Shown: in pieces, positions 63,898-64,000 of the stretch
How positions within the stretch are numbered: the first letter of the stretch is position 1
How the letters are laid out: every line of letters begins with the position of its first letter
Source: Paragordius varius
Taxonomy: Eukaryota; Animalia; Nematomorpha
DNA length: 64,000 nt
Direction: 5' to 3'
NCBI GenBank assembly: GCA_964247055.1
Contig: OZ176057.1
Span: forward strand, 3,348,001-3,412,000
Made by a program: the position numbers and the translations under genes
The notes under the pieces: generated by a model
The model's input: only the letters and a program-made list of their open reading frames with translations
Databases searched by the model: none
What the model was told of the DNA's origin: nothing

Positions 63898-64000
63898 TAT
63901 TATATATTATATTCAACATATATTATTCTCGCAATAATATAAAGACGCAAATTCATTTTATTTTCGAGCTAGTTTCAACACACTCACAAACCCAAAGCTT

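Overview
Very AT-rich, repeat-dense eukaryotic DNA with a metazoan-type transposon repertoire. No prokaryotic genes, rRNA, tRNA or CRISPR were found. Most of the window is decayed or non-autonomous mobile DNA: two Ty3/Gypsy copies, two RTE LINEs, several hAT elements (Charlie/Buster-type and Tip100/ZMYM1-type), Chapaev3-like elements and many MITEs. It also holds a ~160-bp-monomer satellite with higher-order structure (2.4-5.8 kb, inverted at 15.3-17.7 kb), a nad1-like NUMT and a probable GT10 fucosyltransferase pseudogene. The main discovery lies inside a ~9-10 kb segmental duplication (about 6.0-15.3 kb vs 36.2-46.7 kb) and is almost invisible to the ORF track. Both copies carry a plus-strand gene made of a near-invariant 79-nt signal-peptide exon followed by a chain of AG/GT-flanked micro-exons (4-26 nt), several of which are more diverged between copies than the surrounding introns. 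This resembles a micro-exon-gene (MEG-like) secreted-effector architecture. The signal exon and first intron are well supported; the full splice path and reading frame cannot be fixed without transcripts. All alignments, identities and translations were done by eye and coordinates of degraded ends are approximate.
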